Virus record (IMG/VR): IMGVR_UViG_3300025917_000002
Location: 1 to 64,000 of that record
DNA: 64,000 bases
Direction: 5' to 3' (one strand)
Source: a virus
Shown: one piece after another, positions 47,621-58,649 of the stretch
Layout: each line of letters opens with the position of its first letter
Position numbering within the stretch: position 1 is the stretch's first letter
The notes under the pieces: model-generated
Told to the model about the DNA's origin: nothing
Seen by the model: only the letters and a program-made list of their open reading frames with translations
Database searches by the model: none
Translations under genes and position numbers: made by a program

Positions 47621-48589
47621 ATGCCGATGCTCAGGACCCAATACCCCGAGCTATTCCAGCTCGATACGGTCACGCAGACGCGGCTCTCATTGCTGGAGTC
47701 CCTGTCTGACATGGCCTTCGATATGTTCCCACCCGAGTTCAACAAGATCGTCCGTGAGTCCGACGGGGACGGCACGGGCGAAACCGATAAGGCGATGGGG
47801 GGCTTCGGGCTCCCGCAAGAGGTCGATGGTGAACTTGGCGGAGTCCACTACGATGTCCAGTCCCAATGGTTCCAACAGACATACATTTTTGGGCGATTCA
47901 CCCTTGGTTTCATCGTCTCGCTCGAAATGCAGGAAGACGACCAGTGGGGCTTGGCTGGCACCCGATCGAAGAAGTTTGGGCGCTCGTGGAAGCAGCTTCC
48001 CGAAGTCCTCGTCGCCCGCCTACTCAACGAGTCCTTCACCTCGACGACCCAAAGCGGGATCATGAACGCCGGTCGCAGGTCGCCGGATGGAGTTGCCCTG
48101 TTCTCCACTTCCCACCCCAATCCGGGGCCGGGTGGTGGCGTCCAGTCCAACACCAACGCCAGCGGCGGCGTTGCCCTCTCACACCAGGGGCTTGAAGCCA
48201 TGATGATCCGTATGGCCTCGCGCACGGATGACCGGGGGATTCCCGTCAACACGCCGATGAAGAAGCTGGTCGTGCCGAAGGAACTCTACCCACGGGCTCT
48301 CGAAGTCACGGGGTCGAGCTTCCGAACGGACACCCTGTTCCGCGTTGACAACGTGCTGAACAAGGTCTACCCGATCGAGGTCATCCAGAACCACAACCTC
48401 ACGAGTGCAACCGCCTACTTCGGCTTCAGCGATTCCGAGCAATGCGGACTCCGCTGGATTTGGCGTCGCCGCCCGACCCGCCGTATGTGGAAAGACCCGA
48501 ACACCGAAGCCATGCACGTCGCGGGGAGCGCGCGGTTCGATTTCGGTTATTCTCACAGTTTTGGAAGTGACGGCGACCCCGGGGCCTAA
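47621..48589 (+). CDS. Major capsid protein (HK97 fold, Mu gpT-like)
   Basis: MGGFGLPQEV, PDGVALFSTSHP, KKLVVPKEL, ARFDFGYS...GDPGA. Confidence 0.88.
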   Translation: MPMLRTQYPELFQLDTVTQTRLSLLESLSDMAFDMFPPEFNKIVRESDGDGTGETDKAMGGFGLPQEVDGELGGVHYDVQSQWFQQTYIFGRFTLGFIVSLEMQEDDQWGLAGTRSKKFGRSWKQLPEVLVARLLNESFTSTTQSGIMNAGRRSPDGVALFSTSHPNPGPGGGVQSNTNASGGVALSHQGLEAMMIRMASRTDDRGIPVNTPMKKLVVPKELYPRALEVTGSSFRTDTLFRVDNVLNKVYPIEVIQNHNLTSATAYFGFSDSEQCGLRWIWRRRPTRRMWKDPNTEAMHVAGSARFDFGYSHSFGSDGDPGA

Positions 48590-48598
48590 TGATTAGAT

Positions 48599-49216
48599 TC
48601 AAGGGGTTACGGCCTTCTTTGGACGGGGCGGACGTGGTTTAACGATGTCCGAGATTGTTGAGAAATGGAGGCCGAACTCGGCACCGAGGGCGGTTAGCTT
48701 TTCGCCTTGGGCGCGACGCTGGCGAATCTCTTCACGCTGAGCATCGGAAACTTTTGACGAGCCGTTCTTTTCGCCCCGGAGTGCCCGTTCTGGATTGCGA
48801 TGAAGATAATGAGTATCACCTTTAGGACATCGGCCAAGAGCCATTGCGTGATCGACGTTCTCGCGGTGCGTGATATATCGCAGGTTGGTTATGCGATTGT
48901 TCAATGGGTAGCCGTCTTGGTGATCCAACTCAAGGCCCTTCGGCTTTGGGCCGAGGAACGTAGCAGCAATCACGTTACCAACTTCAAGCCATCGCCCCTT
49001 GCCGTTCCCATCCCACAATTGAACCTTGTAGCGGCCTTTTTTAGTCAAGCCGTAGCGAAGATAACGAACATGTTCGCCCAACGGAGTCGAACTAAAGGCG
49101 ATGTCTCGGCGAATACGGCCAAGGGTAGATGCGGAGTAATGGATATAGAGGGGAATCGTTTTCCACTCTTCCAGTTGCAATTCAGCATCGGTAAAGGTAG
49201 GTTGCTCAACAGGCAT
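48599..49216 (-). mobile_element. Free-standing NUMOD4-HNH homing endonuclease, antisense to late genes
   Basis: EEWKTIP..YSASTLGRIR, FLGPKP..LDHQDG..NNRITNLRY..N; AGGAGG RBS before MPVEQ. Confidence 0.85.
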
Positions 49217-49315
49217 GGTCTGAAGCCTCCTTTCAGGCTGTGTCTTGAGCCCGCGATGTTCAACGCATCGACGGGCTCGCTTATTGTACCAGACCCAGTG
49301 TTCTAAAGGAACAAT

Positions 49316-49666
49316 GTCATGCCAATCGCAAACATAGATTTCGAGTTCTGGCACGCAGACGACTCCACCGGCTCGCACAGATCAAAGGTGCGAGTCGAGG
49401 TGATCGCAGGCGTTTGCCGCGTCTACGTCCAGAAGACTGAGGGGCGGGGGCCGTTTCCGGTGTTCCTTTACGGCACGTTAACGATGGCGGAATCACCGTC
49501 GGCGAGCGCATCAGTTTCGGCCAGCCCGAGCGTTAGCTCATCGGCGTCACCATCGGCTAGCCCAAGTGTGTCGGCATCGGCATCACCGTCAACCTCGGCT
49601 TCAGCTTCGCCGTCTACGTCAGCTTCGGCGTCATCGTCGGTATCGGCTTCAACCAGCCCAAGCTAG
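49316..49666 (+). CDS. Small virion-module protein with Ser/Pro/Ala-rich C-terminal tail
   Basis: ~58 aa globular part plus ~57 aa [13 protein letters not shown] tract. Confidence 0.7.
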   Translation, partial: VMPIANIDFEFWHADDSTGSHRSKVRVEVIAGVCRVYVQKTEGRGPFPVFLYGTLTMAESPSASASVSASPSVSSSASPSASPSVSASASPSTSASASPSTSASASSSVSASTSPS

Positions 49667-49975
49667 GAGGTCTGAACTATGGCAAAAACGAAAGCTCCAC
49701 CAAAAGAAACACCGCTCAAGACCTTCGAGCCAAGCCCAATTCCCGGCGACACGTTCCACGAGCGCGGCCCGGCGATCCGCGTTGGCAAGAAGGAAGGGCC
49801 GCTGCCGGGAAACTTCCCCGGCTACCACCAGCTCAAGGTAGCGGGATTCACGACCTACGGGTCGGCTCGCACCATCGTCGATCTCAAGTTGATCGCGAAT
49901 TTGGACGAGCCGACCCAAAAAGCAGTCGAGAAGGCCCTCGAAGAATAGCAGTTGGTTGTATCTAGTGCTTCTCTG

Positions 49976-50005
49976 AGGGCGGGCCACAAACGCCCGTCCT
50001 TTTTT
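49976..50005 (+). terminator. Intrinsic terminator
   Basis: AGGGCGGGC/GCCCGTCCT then T run. Confidence 0.7.
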
Positions 50006-50286
50006 GCAGCAGGAGGTGCAGTATGGCTAAGAAAGTGATCGTCAAGCAGAAGGCGAAGGTTAAGCCGGTAGTCAAGCGTAAACCACGCTACGACAGCGCG
50101 CAGGTTCACACCGCCCAAGCAATCGGGCGGCGACACGTTGAGCTCCGCAACGGCCCTGACGGCTACGAGATGGAGCTGATCGTCGGCACCGACAGCGGCG
50201 ACCGCCACTTGGCAACGCTGGTGTTCGAGCCCGCCGAAGCCAAGAAGCTGCGGGACGGGCTGGTTGCGCTTGTAAAGTAGGGAACG

Positions 50287-51207
50287 ATGGCAGAAACCCT
50301 TGGGGCGTTCAGACTGCGAGTATCGAAAACCCCGGTTGGCGCGTCGGTTGATCCCGACGTTCTCAACGGTGAGATAAATGATTGTGTGGAGAGAATCTGC
50401 CGTGCCTTCCCGTGGACCCGCCTCAAGCAGCAATCGGTCTTGCAGACCGTGGCGGAATACACCACGGGTACAGTTGACATTGCTCTCGGCGCGACCTCGG
50501 GCACGGGTACCGGAACCACGTTCACAACTGCAATGACCGGGCGTTTCATCCGCCTTAGCAATCTCCTCCCCCCTTACATCTTCACGTTCGTCTCTACCAC
50601 ATCGTTCACTATCGACCGTCCCTTCGAGGGGGCTACGCTGGACGACGCGGGATTCAAAATCTACCAGTCGATCTTCGAGCTACCGGCGACGCTGGAATCC
50701 ATCAGCAGCCTTCGCAACCTGACCTTCGGCTACGACCTGAACCCCGAAACCCGCGAGTGGCTCGACCGCAACGCAGCCGCGCGCTACGCCTACGGCCAAC
50801 CGGCGATGTACGTGCCAGCCGAGGACAGCGCAGCGGGGCTACAACAAATCGAACTCTACCCCGCGCCAATCGTCTCGCAGGGCCTTGGGATGGACTGGCG
50901 AACGCAACCGCCCCTGTTCGATCTTGAGAACCTCGACACGGACGACACCTTCCCCGACTGGTTCTCGATGCCAGCGGTGATGGCGGGGGTTCTGGCCTCG
51001 CTCTACCGGCTACAGGGTGAACAGGCCCTTGCGCAGATGGAAGAAGCTCGGTTCCTGATGCTCGTTCGCGAGATGCAAAGCGAAGACGCGCGGCGGATGC
51101 CGCCTCAAACGATGCGCCAAGCAGATCGCTACGTGATGCACCGGGTTCGGCGCGCGAACCACGGGGACGATTACGACATAACGAATTGGTCCGACGCAGG
51201 GAGCTAA
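50287..51207 (+). CDS. Head-tail adaptor/tail tubular A-like protein 1
   Basis: EINDCVERICRAFPWTRL, GQPAMY...IELYPAP; inserted YTTGTV..GTGTTFT beta domain. Confidence 0.7.
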   Translation: MAETLGAFRLRVSKTPVGASVDPDVLNGEINDCVERICRAFPWTRLKQQSVLQTVAEYTTGTVDIALGATSGTGTGTTFTTAMTGRFIRLSNLLPPYIFTFVSTTSFTIDRPFEGATLDDAGFKIYQSIFELPATLESISSLRNLTFGYDLNPETREWLDRNAAARYAYGQPAMYVPAEDSAAGLQQIELYPAPIVSQGLGMDWRTQPPLFDLENLDTDDTFPDWFSMPAVMAGVLASLYRLQGEQALAQMEEARFLMLVREMQSEDARRMPPQTMRQADRYVMHRVRRANHGDDYDITNWSDAGS

Positions 51208-51216
51208 GGAGGACTT

Positions 51217-51549
51217 ATGCCGGGCACCACACAGGCATTTCACGCACCAACAACAGCGACCATCGCCGCAGCCGGAACCAAGACCGGCTCGATCGGCTTC
51301 GGCTCGTTCACACGGGGCATCTTTATCCTGCCTGCCGGTTACGAGGGCACAGGCATAACTTTTGAGGTCAGCGTGGACAATGACACGTTCGTTCCGCTCA
51401 ACAACGATAGCGGTGCAGTCCCCTTGGTAGTTGCTGCGAGCAAGGGCTACGCGCTTCCAACGGGTCTTGCTGGGGCTCTCTACTTTAAGATCGTTGCGGG
51501 CACAACACAAGCTGCGGATCGTGTGATCCAGCTGAGCCTGAAATCTTAG
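51217..51549 (+). CDS. Small beta-rich virion protein
   Basis: TAAGGAGG RBS; ITFEVSVDNDTF. Confidence 0.6.
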   Translation: MPGTTQAFHAPTTATIAAAGTKTGSIGFGSFTRGIFILPAGYEGTGITFEVSVDNDTFVPLNNDSGAVPLVVAASKGYALPTGLAGALYFKIVAGTTQAADRVIQLSLKS

Positions 51550-51579
51550 GGCGGTTCAATGTACCGCGTTAGCAAACGG

Positions 51580-51608
51580 GGCTGAGGCAGCGGGCCTCGG
51601 CCCTTTTT
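51580..51608 (+). terminator. Intrinsic terminator
   Basis: GGGCTGAGGC/GCCTCGGCCC then TTTTT. Confidence 0.7.
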
Positions 51609-51626
51609 GGTTGAAGGAGAATTACG

Positions 51627-52139
51627 ATGGCAAGTGGCGATACCCTAGCGATCCTCTATCCCCAACACAACAACCCGCCCGCCGCCGCTTACGCGACTCG
51701 TGACACGCGCAACGGTCATCCGGTTCTGAACTTCGACGGCGCTACAGACGAGGAAGCGGTCTTCTCGTCCATCTTGCCCCGCCGCTACGCCGGGGGCGGC
51801 CTGACCGTCAACCTCTGGGTCGGATGCGCCTCGGCAACGACCGGCACAATGCGCTGGCAGGCAGACATCGAGCGGGCTGGCATCGCCGATGGCAGCGGCT
51901 TAGATATTGACAGCGACGGCTTCACCGGCACGTTCGAGTCCAACGGCGTGTCCGCCCCAGCCGCAACGGGCCAGTTCGCGGTCTGTGCCATTACCATCAC
52001 CAGCGGCGCGCAGATGGACTCGCTGGCGGTGGGCGAGCCTTTTCGACTGAAGATCAGGCGTGACGCGGATGGGACGAGTGGCACGGACAATATCACCACC
52101 GACTGCCAATTGTTGGCAATAGAAATTCAGGAGACATAA
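51627..52139 (+). CDS. Beta-sandwich virion appendage protein
   Basis: [13 protein letters not shown]...FRLKIRRDA...D; tail-module context. Confidence 0.6.
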   Translation: MASGDTLAILYPQHNNPPAAAYATRDTRNGHPVLNFDGATDEEAVFSSILPRRYAGGGLTVNLWVGCASATTGTMRWQADIERAGIADGSGLDIDSDGFTGTFESNGVSAPAATGQFAVCAITITSGAQMDSLAVGEPFRLKIRRDADGTSGTDNITTDCQLLAIEIQET

Positions 52140-52143
52140 TCGG

Positions 52144-54234
52144 GTGGCGCGTTTATTTGACGGCACCAATGACTCGCTTCAAGCCGCGTCTGTTGACCTC
52201 TCAGCGGTCGATAAGCTCACGCTGTCCCTATGGCTCTGGTGGGATGCCTTCGCCAACAACGATGACCTTGCCTTAGAGTTCACCGCCGATGCAGGCGGTA
52301 ACGTCGGTTCCTTTTATCTCGATCCGAACCACTCAACCAGCGGTGCTTTCCAAGTGCTCATCGGCCCAACCGGCTCCATAACTCAAGGAACCTTTACCCG
52401 TCCCAGCGCAGCAGCTTGGCATCACTACGTCATCCAGCTCGACAAGTCAACCAATCCTGATTCGATTGCAGTCTGGGTTGACGGCGTTTCTCAGACCTTT
52501 ACCTACGGTAGCCAAGTTGACCAAGGCAGCAACTTCGCCAATGCGACGCTCAACTTCATGAGCCGGAACAACGCTTCGCTGTTCGGCGCGGGGCGACAGG
52601 CTGAGGTGGCGATCTGGCCGGGGGTACTACTGGACCAAGCTGAGATCACCGCGCTCGCGCAGGGGTATACGCCGGACCAAATCCGCCCAACTGCCAAGCC
52701 TTACTATTGGCCGCTGCACGGGCGTAACTCGCCTGAGAACGAGTTGTTCTTCGGAGCTAGCGCAACGGTCAACGGCGCGACCCAGACCGACCATCCGCGC
52801 ATCATTGAGCCACGGGCATTGGAGTTCCAGACCGAGCCGATTGGTACGAGCCCGAGCCCATCGGTTAGCCCGAGCACGTCGCCGAGTGCGTCCCCTTCGG
52901 TGTCCGCCTCAGCATCACCGTCTGTCTCGCCCAGCACCTCTGAGAGCGTGTCACCGTCTACATCCGAATCAGGGAGCGCGTCGCCAAGCGTCAGTCCAAG
53001 CCCGTCTCCTTCTACCAGCCCATCGGCGTCGCCCTCTGCCAGCGCGTCCGCTTCGACGAGTACGTCCGAGTCTGCCTCACCTAGCGTTAGCCCAAGCGCA
53101 AGCGGAAGCGAGTCCCCGTCCACGAGCGCCAGCGCGACCGGCAGCGTCAGCCCGAGTACCTCGCCCTCGGCCTCGGCATCGGGTAGCACGTCGGCCAGTA
53201 CCTCAGCTAGCGCATCGTCCAGCACATCAAGCTCGCGCTCTGCCTCGGCATCGCCATCCCATTCGGTTAGCGCGAGCCCTTCGGCGTCGGTGAGCGAGAG
53301 CCCCTCAGTCTCAGCGTCGCGCTCCGCGTCGGCCTCGCCTTCCACATCCGTCAGTTCGTCGCCGTCTGCAAGCGCGAGCCTCAGCGGTTCGGCCTCCGCA
53401 AGCCCTTCGGCCTCAACATCCGTCTCGTCCTCAGCTTCGCGCTCACCATCGGTCAGCGAGTCCGGCAGTGCCAGCGCCTCAGTCAGCGCATCATCCGGCG
53501 AAGAAGAAGTCCCCTGTGACCTGACCCTCGCGAACCTACGCTTCCGCGTTCTTGACATGCTTGACGACGTGCCCGGTCGCTACTGGACCCCGGCTGAGAT
53601 CGACCACGCAATCAACGTTGCGCAGCGGCTCTGGTGCCTTTTGACCCTGTGCCTCGAAAAGACCGTAGTTTATACCCTCTCAACGGACGGTCGCGCCTTC
53701 TATCTTATCAGCGACCAGATAGACGACTTCATCGTGCCCCTCCGCGTGAGCCACACGGGCGGTGCTCGGCTCAAGTCGGACACCATCCATAACCTCGATC
53801 TCCGTAGCAGCACTTGGCGCGTCACGCCGGGTCCGCCCACGCGCTACGCGCAGTACGGCTTCGACCTTCTGGCTATCACGCCGCAACCCACGGTCGCTTC
53901 GACCTTGACTATTACCTATGCAGCGGAGCCGGTTGAACTCGTGGCGGACGCCGACGTACCGGACATCCAGCCGGAACAGCAGGTTCACCTTGAGCAGTTC
54001 GCGTTCTGGTTCGCGAGGTTGAAGGAGGGCGGAGCGGAACTACAGAATGCAGTGGCGAACCTCAATACGTTCCTCGATGCGGCGACCAAGTATGCGTCGT
54101 TCACGAGGGCACGGTCACGCGCTCAGCTCTATGACAACATCCCTTTCGACGTGGCATCATTCGATCGCGGTCGTTTCGAGATCAAACTGAAGAACCAGCC
54201 CCGAATGGAAGCGAGGAAAACCAGTGGTACTTAG
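52144..54234 (+). CDS. LamG/ConA-like domain + Ser/Pro-rich stalk + head-tail adaptor-like domain
   Basis: WHHYVI..VWVDG..AEVAIW..L..AEI; ~215 aa SP tract; [26 protein letters not shown]. Confidence 0.75.
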   Translation: MARLFDGTNDSLQAASVDLSAVDKLTLSLWLWWDAFANNDDLALEFTADAGGNVGSFYLDPNHSTSGAFQVLIGPTGSITQGTFTRPSAAAWHHYVIQLDKSTNPDSIAVWVDGVSQTFTYGSQVDQGSNFANATLNFMSRNNASLFGAGRQAEVAIWPGVLLDQAEITALAQGYTPDQIRPTAKPYYWPLHGRNSPENELFFGASATVNGATQTDHPRIIEPRALEFQTEPIGTSPSPSVSPSTSPSASPSVSASASPSVSPSTSESVSPSTSESGSASPSVSPSPSPSTSPSASPSASASASTSTSESASPSVSPSASGSESPSTSASATGSVSPSTSPSASASGSTSASTSASASSSTSSSRSASASPSHSVSASPSASVSESPSVSASRSASASPSTSVSSSPSASASLSGSASASPSASTSVSSSASRSPSVSESGSASASVSASSGEEEVPCDLTLANLRFRVLDMLDDVPGRYWTPAEIDHAINVAQRLWCLLTLCLEKTVVYTLSTDGRAFYLISDQIDDFIVPLRVSHTGGARLKSDTIHNLDLRSSTWRVTPGPPTRYAQYGFDLLAITPQPTVASTLTITYAAEPVELVADADVPDIQPEQQVHLEQFAFWFARLKEGGAELQNAVANLNTFLDAATKYASFTRARSRAQLYDNIPFDVASFDRGRFEIKLKNQPRMEARKTSGT

Positions 54235-54853
54235 CGTCGCAACCCTCATCACTCAGCTCTACCCGCAGCTCCACGGCAGCAGTGAGGCGGACCTAGTTTT
54301 CACTGATGACGATGACATGGTTCGCCTGTTCTCGGACGCGATCAAGAACCTCGCTCAACGGTTCGGCGTGTTCGTCCTGCGCCACATCAACCGCTCGCTC
54401 GTCCAGGGGCAGCTTTACTATGACGCGCCCCCTCGCCACCTCTCCACGCTCCACGTCGCGATCCTCGAAACGGGTAAGCCGCTTGCTGCCAGTTCCACCA
54501 AGGAACAGGAGCTTCGCTCGACGGCGTATGAGACGACGCAAGCAACCGCCGCCAAGCCAATCCGCTGGTGGATCGAAGACAAGGCTGGCGTCAACCGGGT
54601 AGGGATCGTGCCCCTGCCGGGGGCGGATGACTCGGGGAACCATTGGGATATGGTTTATCATGCTTACTCTTGCAACGTACTAGAGGGGATCGAGACGAAC
54701 CACACTTGGGGTGATTATCTCTCGCACGTAGTTATGGCCGATCTGTGGACACCGGAGTCCGACTTCTCCATCCCCGAGAGCGCCAAAGGCTACCGAGCGT
54801 TAGCCAATCTGTACGAAGCGGTCGCTGAGAAGCTGTGGAACAAAGCTCAGTAG
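54224..54853 (+). CDS. Adaptor/ring-like protein 3
   Basis: [25 protein letters not shown] parallel the other two adaptors. Confidence 0.55.
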   Translation: MVLSVATLITQLYPQLHGSSEADLVFTDDDDMVRLFSDAIKNLAQRFGVFVLRHINRSLVQGQLYYDAPPRHLSTLHVAILETGKPLAASSTKEQELRSTAYETTQATAAKPIRWWIEDKAGVNRVGIVPLPGADDSGNHWDMVYHAYSCNVLEGIETNHTWGDYLSHVVMADLWTPESDFSIPESAKGYRALANLYEAVAEKLWNKAQ

Positions 54854-54865
54854 GAGAACCTGTAG

Positions 54866-57800
54866 ATGCCGTATCAGAAAAGCGTCCAACGAGTGCTCGC
54901 CGGTTCCACGAACCTCCGCGCCCGCGCCACGGAAATCCCCGGTGACGATAACCAGAAGTCCGTCAACATCGCCTTCGACCAAGCGGGCGGCCTCCGCTCG
55001 CGCAAGGGCCACGATCTCATCTGCACCGCCAGCGGTTCCGTCAGCCAGATGCTCCGCGCGATGGGTTCCCGCTGGCAGGCCACCAAGGAAGCCTATATCA
55101 CCGGCTTCAAGAAGTACGTCTGGAAGATGGGCGCGGGTGAGGTAGATAAGGCTTGTCAGACGATCATCAGCACAACGGGGCCGCGCAAGAGCGACGGGAC
55201 GAATGATTGGCGCTGGATTCCGGTTGCGCCCACCGACGCTCCCGTCATCGAAGCCGCCGAAGAAGTCCTCACGGTTGTCGATGAGTTCACGGGGGGCTGG
55301 TCCAAGGATACGGATATAACGGTTGATGAGGAGGGCAACCGGACTGATGACGACGGGAACCTGCTGAACGAGGACGGCAACCCGGTTGACGCGGACGGCA
55401 ACTTGCTCTCGGGCTTTGATGCCTTGGGATATGACTACGACTCGCATGGGCTGCGCGTAAAGGGCGGGACCAACAAGGTAGTTTCCTTCACCAAATCCGT
55501 TGAACTCGACCTGTCCGACGGGTTCGACCTGAACGACCTGTTCCGCGTGCGCCTGCGAGCCAAGAAGTGGTCAAGCATCGTCGGCGTCAGCTTCGACGTG
55601 GACGTAAACGATGGCTCTTTCCAGAAGGACTACTATAAGGTTCGGATGCCGCTCAAGGAGATTCTGACCGCCAAGAAAGAGACGGTCACGTTCTATATTC
55701 GCAAGCGGCTGCTGGAGGTTGGGGACGCAGCCAAGAACAAGAACCGCTACGGCTCGTTTGAGCGCATCGGCTCGACCACGGATAAGGACTGGAGATCGGT
55801 CGTAGCTCTCCGCGTGAAGGTGGAGTTCTCCATCCAGACCAAGTTCTGGTTTTCGAATTGGGTGATGATCGGCGACGCCGACAATACGCTCGAAGGTGAC
55901 GACTTCCAGGTCTGCTACACCTACGATACCGAAGACGGCCACGAGTCGAACCCCTCGCCTTGGAGCGACCCGATCGTTGTCAATCACGTTGCGATTAAGG
56001 TCACGGACATGGTGACGAGCGGTGACGAACAGGTCATCGGCCAGAACATCTACCTGCGTGGGGGCACCCTCGCGCTGCCCTACCGGGTCAACGGAGCCAA
56101 GCTCGGCGAGGACGGCCAACCCACGGAAACCGAGCCGATCACCGGGGCTGAATACACCATCACGGCCAACGCCAACGAGCTTTCCGATCTCGACATCGTT
56201 CTGGAAGACGACCATGATGACCCACCGGATGCGACGGGCCTTGCTGACGCTCCGTTTTACGGTCGCCTGCTCGCCTTTAAGGATGCCCGCTTCTACTGGT
56301 CGCACCAAAACAAGCCCTTCGCTTTCGCTAATCCCGATGGCCCCGACGGTGACTGGGACGAGATCGACGAGAACGCGGGAATCATCAAGCGGATGGTCGT
56401 GCGGTTCCAGCAGACCCGGCTCTACTGCGAGAACGCGATCCTGGTTCTCGAAGGCGACCCGGCGGACGCGCTGGCCGTCATCCATCCATCCGGCGTCGAG
56501 ATGGGCACGCCCTCGCGCTTCGGCGTCTGCAAGGCCGTCGGGGGCGTTGACGTGGCTTATCTCGGTGGCGGCATCTACCTCGTGGACGACAGCAGCGTCC
56601 AGAAGATTTCCGAAGGGGTCGAGCCAATCTTCCAAGGGCTCAGCACCAACCTGTGGGACGGCACGGTCGCCTCGCCAATCGGCGACCCGACCACCGTTGC
56701 TGTCGGTTACGAGGACGGTATTATCTACGTCAGCTATGACAACGGGATGCTGGCGATGGACTTGCTGCGCCGCCGCTGGTTCCAGGACTCGCGCCGGTTC
56801 ACCTGCTTCCAGGCTGAGGGCGAAGTTGGCCTACTCGGCGGCCAGTCTAGCGGTAAGGTTCTCCACCTGAACACCGGCAACACCGATGAGGGGGCCGCGT
56901 TCCCGATTGACTTTCTGAGCAAAGCCTACGACTGCGGTATCAGCGATAACGAGAAGCGGTGGGAGGACATCACCATCTTCCATGATACCGCCAACCAGGA
57001 CTTGACCGTCAGTATCTACCCGTTTGAAACCGCCGCCGTTCAGAGCGTGGTCATTAATAGCGGCTTGCGGACCCGCACGGTCATCCAACTCAACGATGGG
57101 AATGGTATCCGTTCGCGGAACCTCGCGGTTCGCATCACGGGCGACGTGACGAACCCAATCTTCATCGACGCGATTGACATCAACTATTACCCCGAAGCCC
57201 GCGAGGCGAAGTCCTATGACACAGCGGTCAGCGACGCCGGAACGCCGAAGGTTAAGCTGATCCGCGAGGTCCAATGTGACCTTGAGAATGATGGTCCCGT
57301 TACGGTCACGGTCGAAGGCGACGTGCCGGGTTTTGCTCTCGGCATCACCCGAGAGTCGCACACGCTCACGGCTAATCCGTTTCGGCACACCGAGCCCGTC
57401 GTGATGACCTCGCCGAGCCTCATCTACGGTCACGATTTCCGCGTGGTCGCAAGCGCCGACAGCGGGCACTTCCATATGTTCGGTGTGCGCGCGCTGGTCC
57501 AGTTCATCGGGACGTATCTGCACGGCACGAAGGGCGAGTACTACCTCAGCGACCCGATGGACTTTGGCTCCGAGCGGGTCAAGCTGGTTAAGGAGATTGA
57601 GATCATCTACGCTACGCTCGGGACGGTCGAGGTAACCATCTATACCGATCTGCCGGGAAACGCCGTCGTAGCGCGCGGTGTTACGTTCCTGCCCGCGACG
57701 CCTACCGCAGCGGTTGTCGGCGGTGAGCAGAGCATTAAGATTCCGCTTGTTGGAACGATCAAGGGGCGGTTGCTTCAGCTCAAGCTGGAGCCTTCGACGG

Positions 57801-57946
57801 ACTGCCGAGTCGAAGCAATCCGGTTCTGGATGAAGATGATTGGAGCCCCAAACGCGACGCCGTGGCAGTGGTTTGACTTGCCGCTTGACCGGACCCAAGA
57901 TGCGATCTGGGTGCCTCTAGCCTTTGGTGAAGATCAGGTAGCGTAG
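54866..57946 (+). CDS. Tail nozzle / tubular protein B (P22 gp10-like)
   Basis: NIAFDQAGGLRSRKG start, YGRLL..FYWSH..P propeller motifs, ISEGVEPIF, SKAYDCG. Confidence 0.75.
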   Translation: MPYQKSVQRVLAGSTNLRARATEIPGDDNQKSVNIAFDQAGGLRSRKGHDLICTASGSVSQMLRAMGSRWQATKEAYITGFKKYVWKMGAGEVDKACQTIISTTGPRKSDGTNDWRWIPVAPTDAPVIEAAEEVLTVVDEFTGGWSKDTDITVDEEGNRTDDDGNLLNEDGNPVDADGNLLSGFDALGYDYDSHGLRVKGGTNKVVSFTKSVELDLSDGFDLNDLFRVRLRAKKWSSIVGVSFDVDVNDGSFQKDYYKVRMPLKEILTAKKETVTFYIRKRLLEVGDAAKNKNRYGSFERIGSTTDKDWRSVVALRVKVEFSIQTKFWFSNWVMIGDADNTLEGDDFQVCYTYDTEDGHESNPSPWSDPIVVNHVAIKVTDMVTSGDEQVIGQNIYLRGGTLALPYRVNGAKLGEDGQPTETEPITGAEYTITANANELSDLDIVLEDDHDDPPDATGLADAPFYGRLLAFKDARFYWSHQNKPFAFANPDGPDGDWDEIDENAGIIKRMVVRFQQTRLYCENAILVLEGDPADALAVIHPSGVEMGTPSRFGVCKAVGGVDVAYLGGGIYLVDDSSVQKISEGVEPIFQGLSTNLWDGTVASPIGDPTTVAVGYEDGIIYVSYDNGMLAMDLLRRRWFQDSRRFTCFQAEGEVGLLGGQSSGKVLHLNTGNTDEGAAFPIDFLSKAYDCGISDNEKRWEDITIFHDTANQDLTVSIYPFETAAVQSVVINSGLRTRTVIQLNDGNGIRSRNLAVRITGDVTNPIFIDAIDINYYPEAREAKSYDTAVSDAGTPKVKLIREVQCDLENDGPVTVTVEGDVPGFALGITRESHTLTANPFRHTEPVVMTSPSLIYGHDFRVVASADSGHFHMFGVRALVQFIGTYLHGTKGEYYLSDPMDFGSERVKLVKEIEIIYATLGTVEVTIYTDLPGNAVVARGVTFLPATPTAAVVGGEQSIKIPLVGTIKGRLLQLKLEPSTDCRVEAIRFWMKMIGAPNATPWQWFDLPLDRTQDAIWVPLAFGEDQVA

Positions 57947-58063
57947 GTAGCATAACATGCCAAACGGGCTGCTCAGATCACACTTACGTAAATTAACCGT
58001 AACCACCTGATCTTCATGATAGGATAGATGTAGTTCAAAGTTCACAAGACGATAAGGAGCGTA

Positions 58064-58519
58064 ATGAAACAGTTAATGCTTGGATTCGTTCTTACGGGGC
58101 TTTTGATAAGTCTCGCCTCGGCTGCGCCGAGGATACCTAGTACAAAGGAGAGAGTAATGCCAACTGGAACCATAGCTGTCAATTCGTCAAGCCAATTAAC
58201 CCTTGGCGGTACGGTTGTGTTTGATGTGACTTTTGACCCGCCGAACCTAGACCAAAAAACAAAGCCATCCGGCGGGGTACGAATCATGTTGGAAGCCTCT
58301 GTCCCGGTAGGATCAGGCCCGCCCGGTGATGTTCTGTACCGTGATGAAAAACATTACGATCAGCCTTTTGTATTAGGCGAAGGCGGGACTTGGGAAGGTA
58401 CACAATGGAGTGACGTGGGAGGCCCGGCGCACATACGAGCCGATCTTTTCTACTGGGACTACAAAGACCCGCAGCAGCGCTTCAAGTGGCTGGCGACTGT
58501 CGAATTCGAGGCGAACTAG
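58064..58519 (+). CDS. Secreted protein with signal peptide (moron-like)
   Basis: MKQLMLGFVLTGLLISLASA; AT-rich intergenic flanks. Confidence 0.65.
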   Translation: MKQLMLGFVLTGLLISLASAAPRIPSTKERVMPTGTIAVNSSSQLTLGGTVVFDVTFDPPNLDQKTKPSGGVRIMLEASVPVGSGPPGDVLYRDEKHYDQPFVLGEGGTWEGTQWSDVGGPAHIRADLFYWDYKDPQQRFKWLATVEFEAN

Positions 58520-58649
58520 TCTAAATGGCTTGGGGGAGTATCTGAAAAAACCGCCAGCACTCTTATGGCGCTGACGGCTGCCGCGCCAACTAAATGAAAG
58601 GAAAACGTGGCAATACGGTCAGTATAGTCTTTATTTCTCGGATCACCTA

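Noticed and set aside
52704-53558. Long antisense ORFs over SP tracts (also 61010..61525, 61943..62833)
   Set aside because: By-product of Ser/Pro/Ala/Val codons lacking reverse-strand stops in that frame; no RBS or domain
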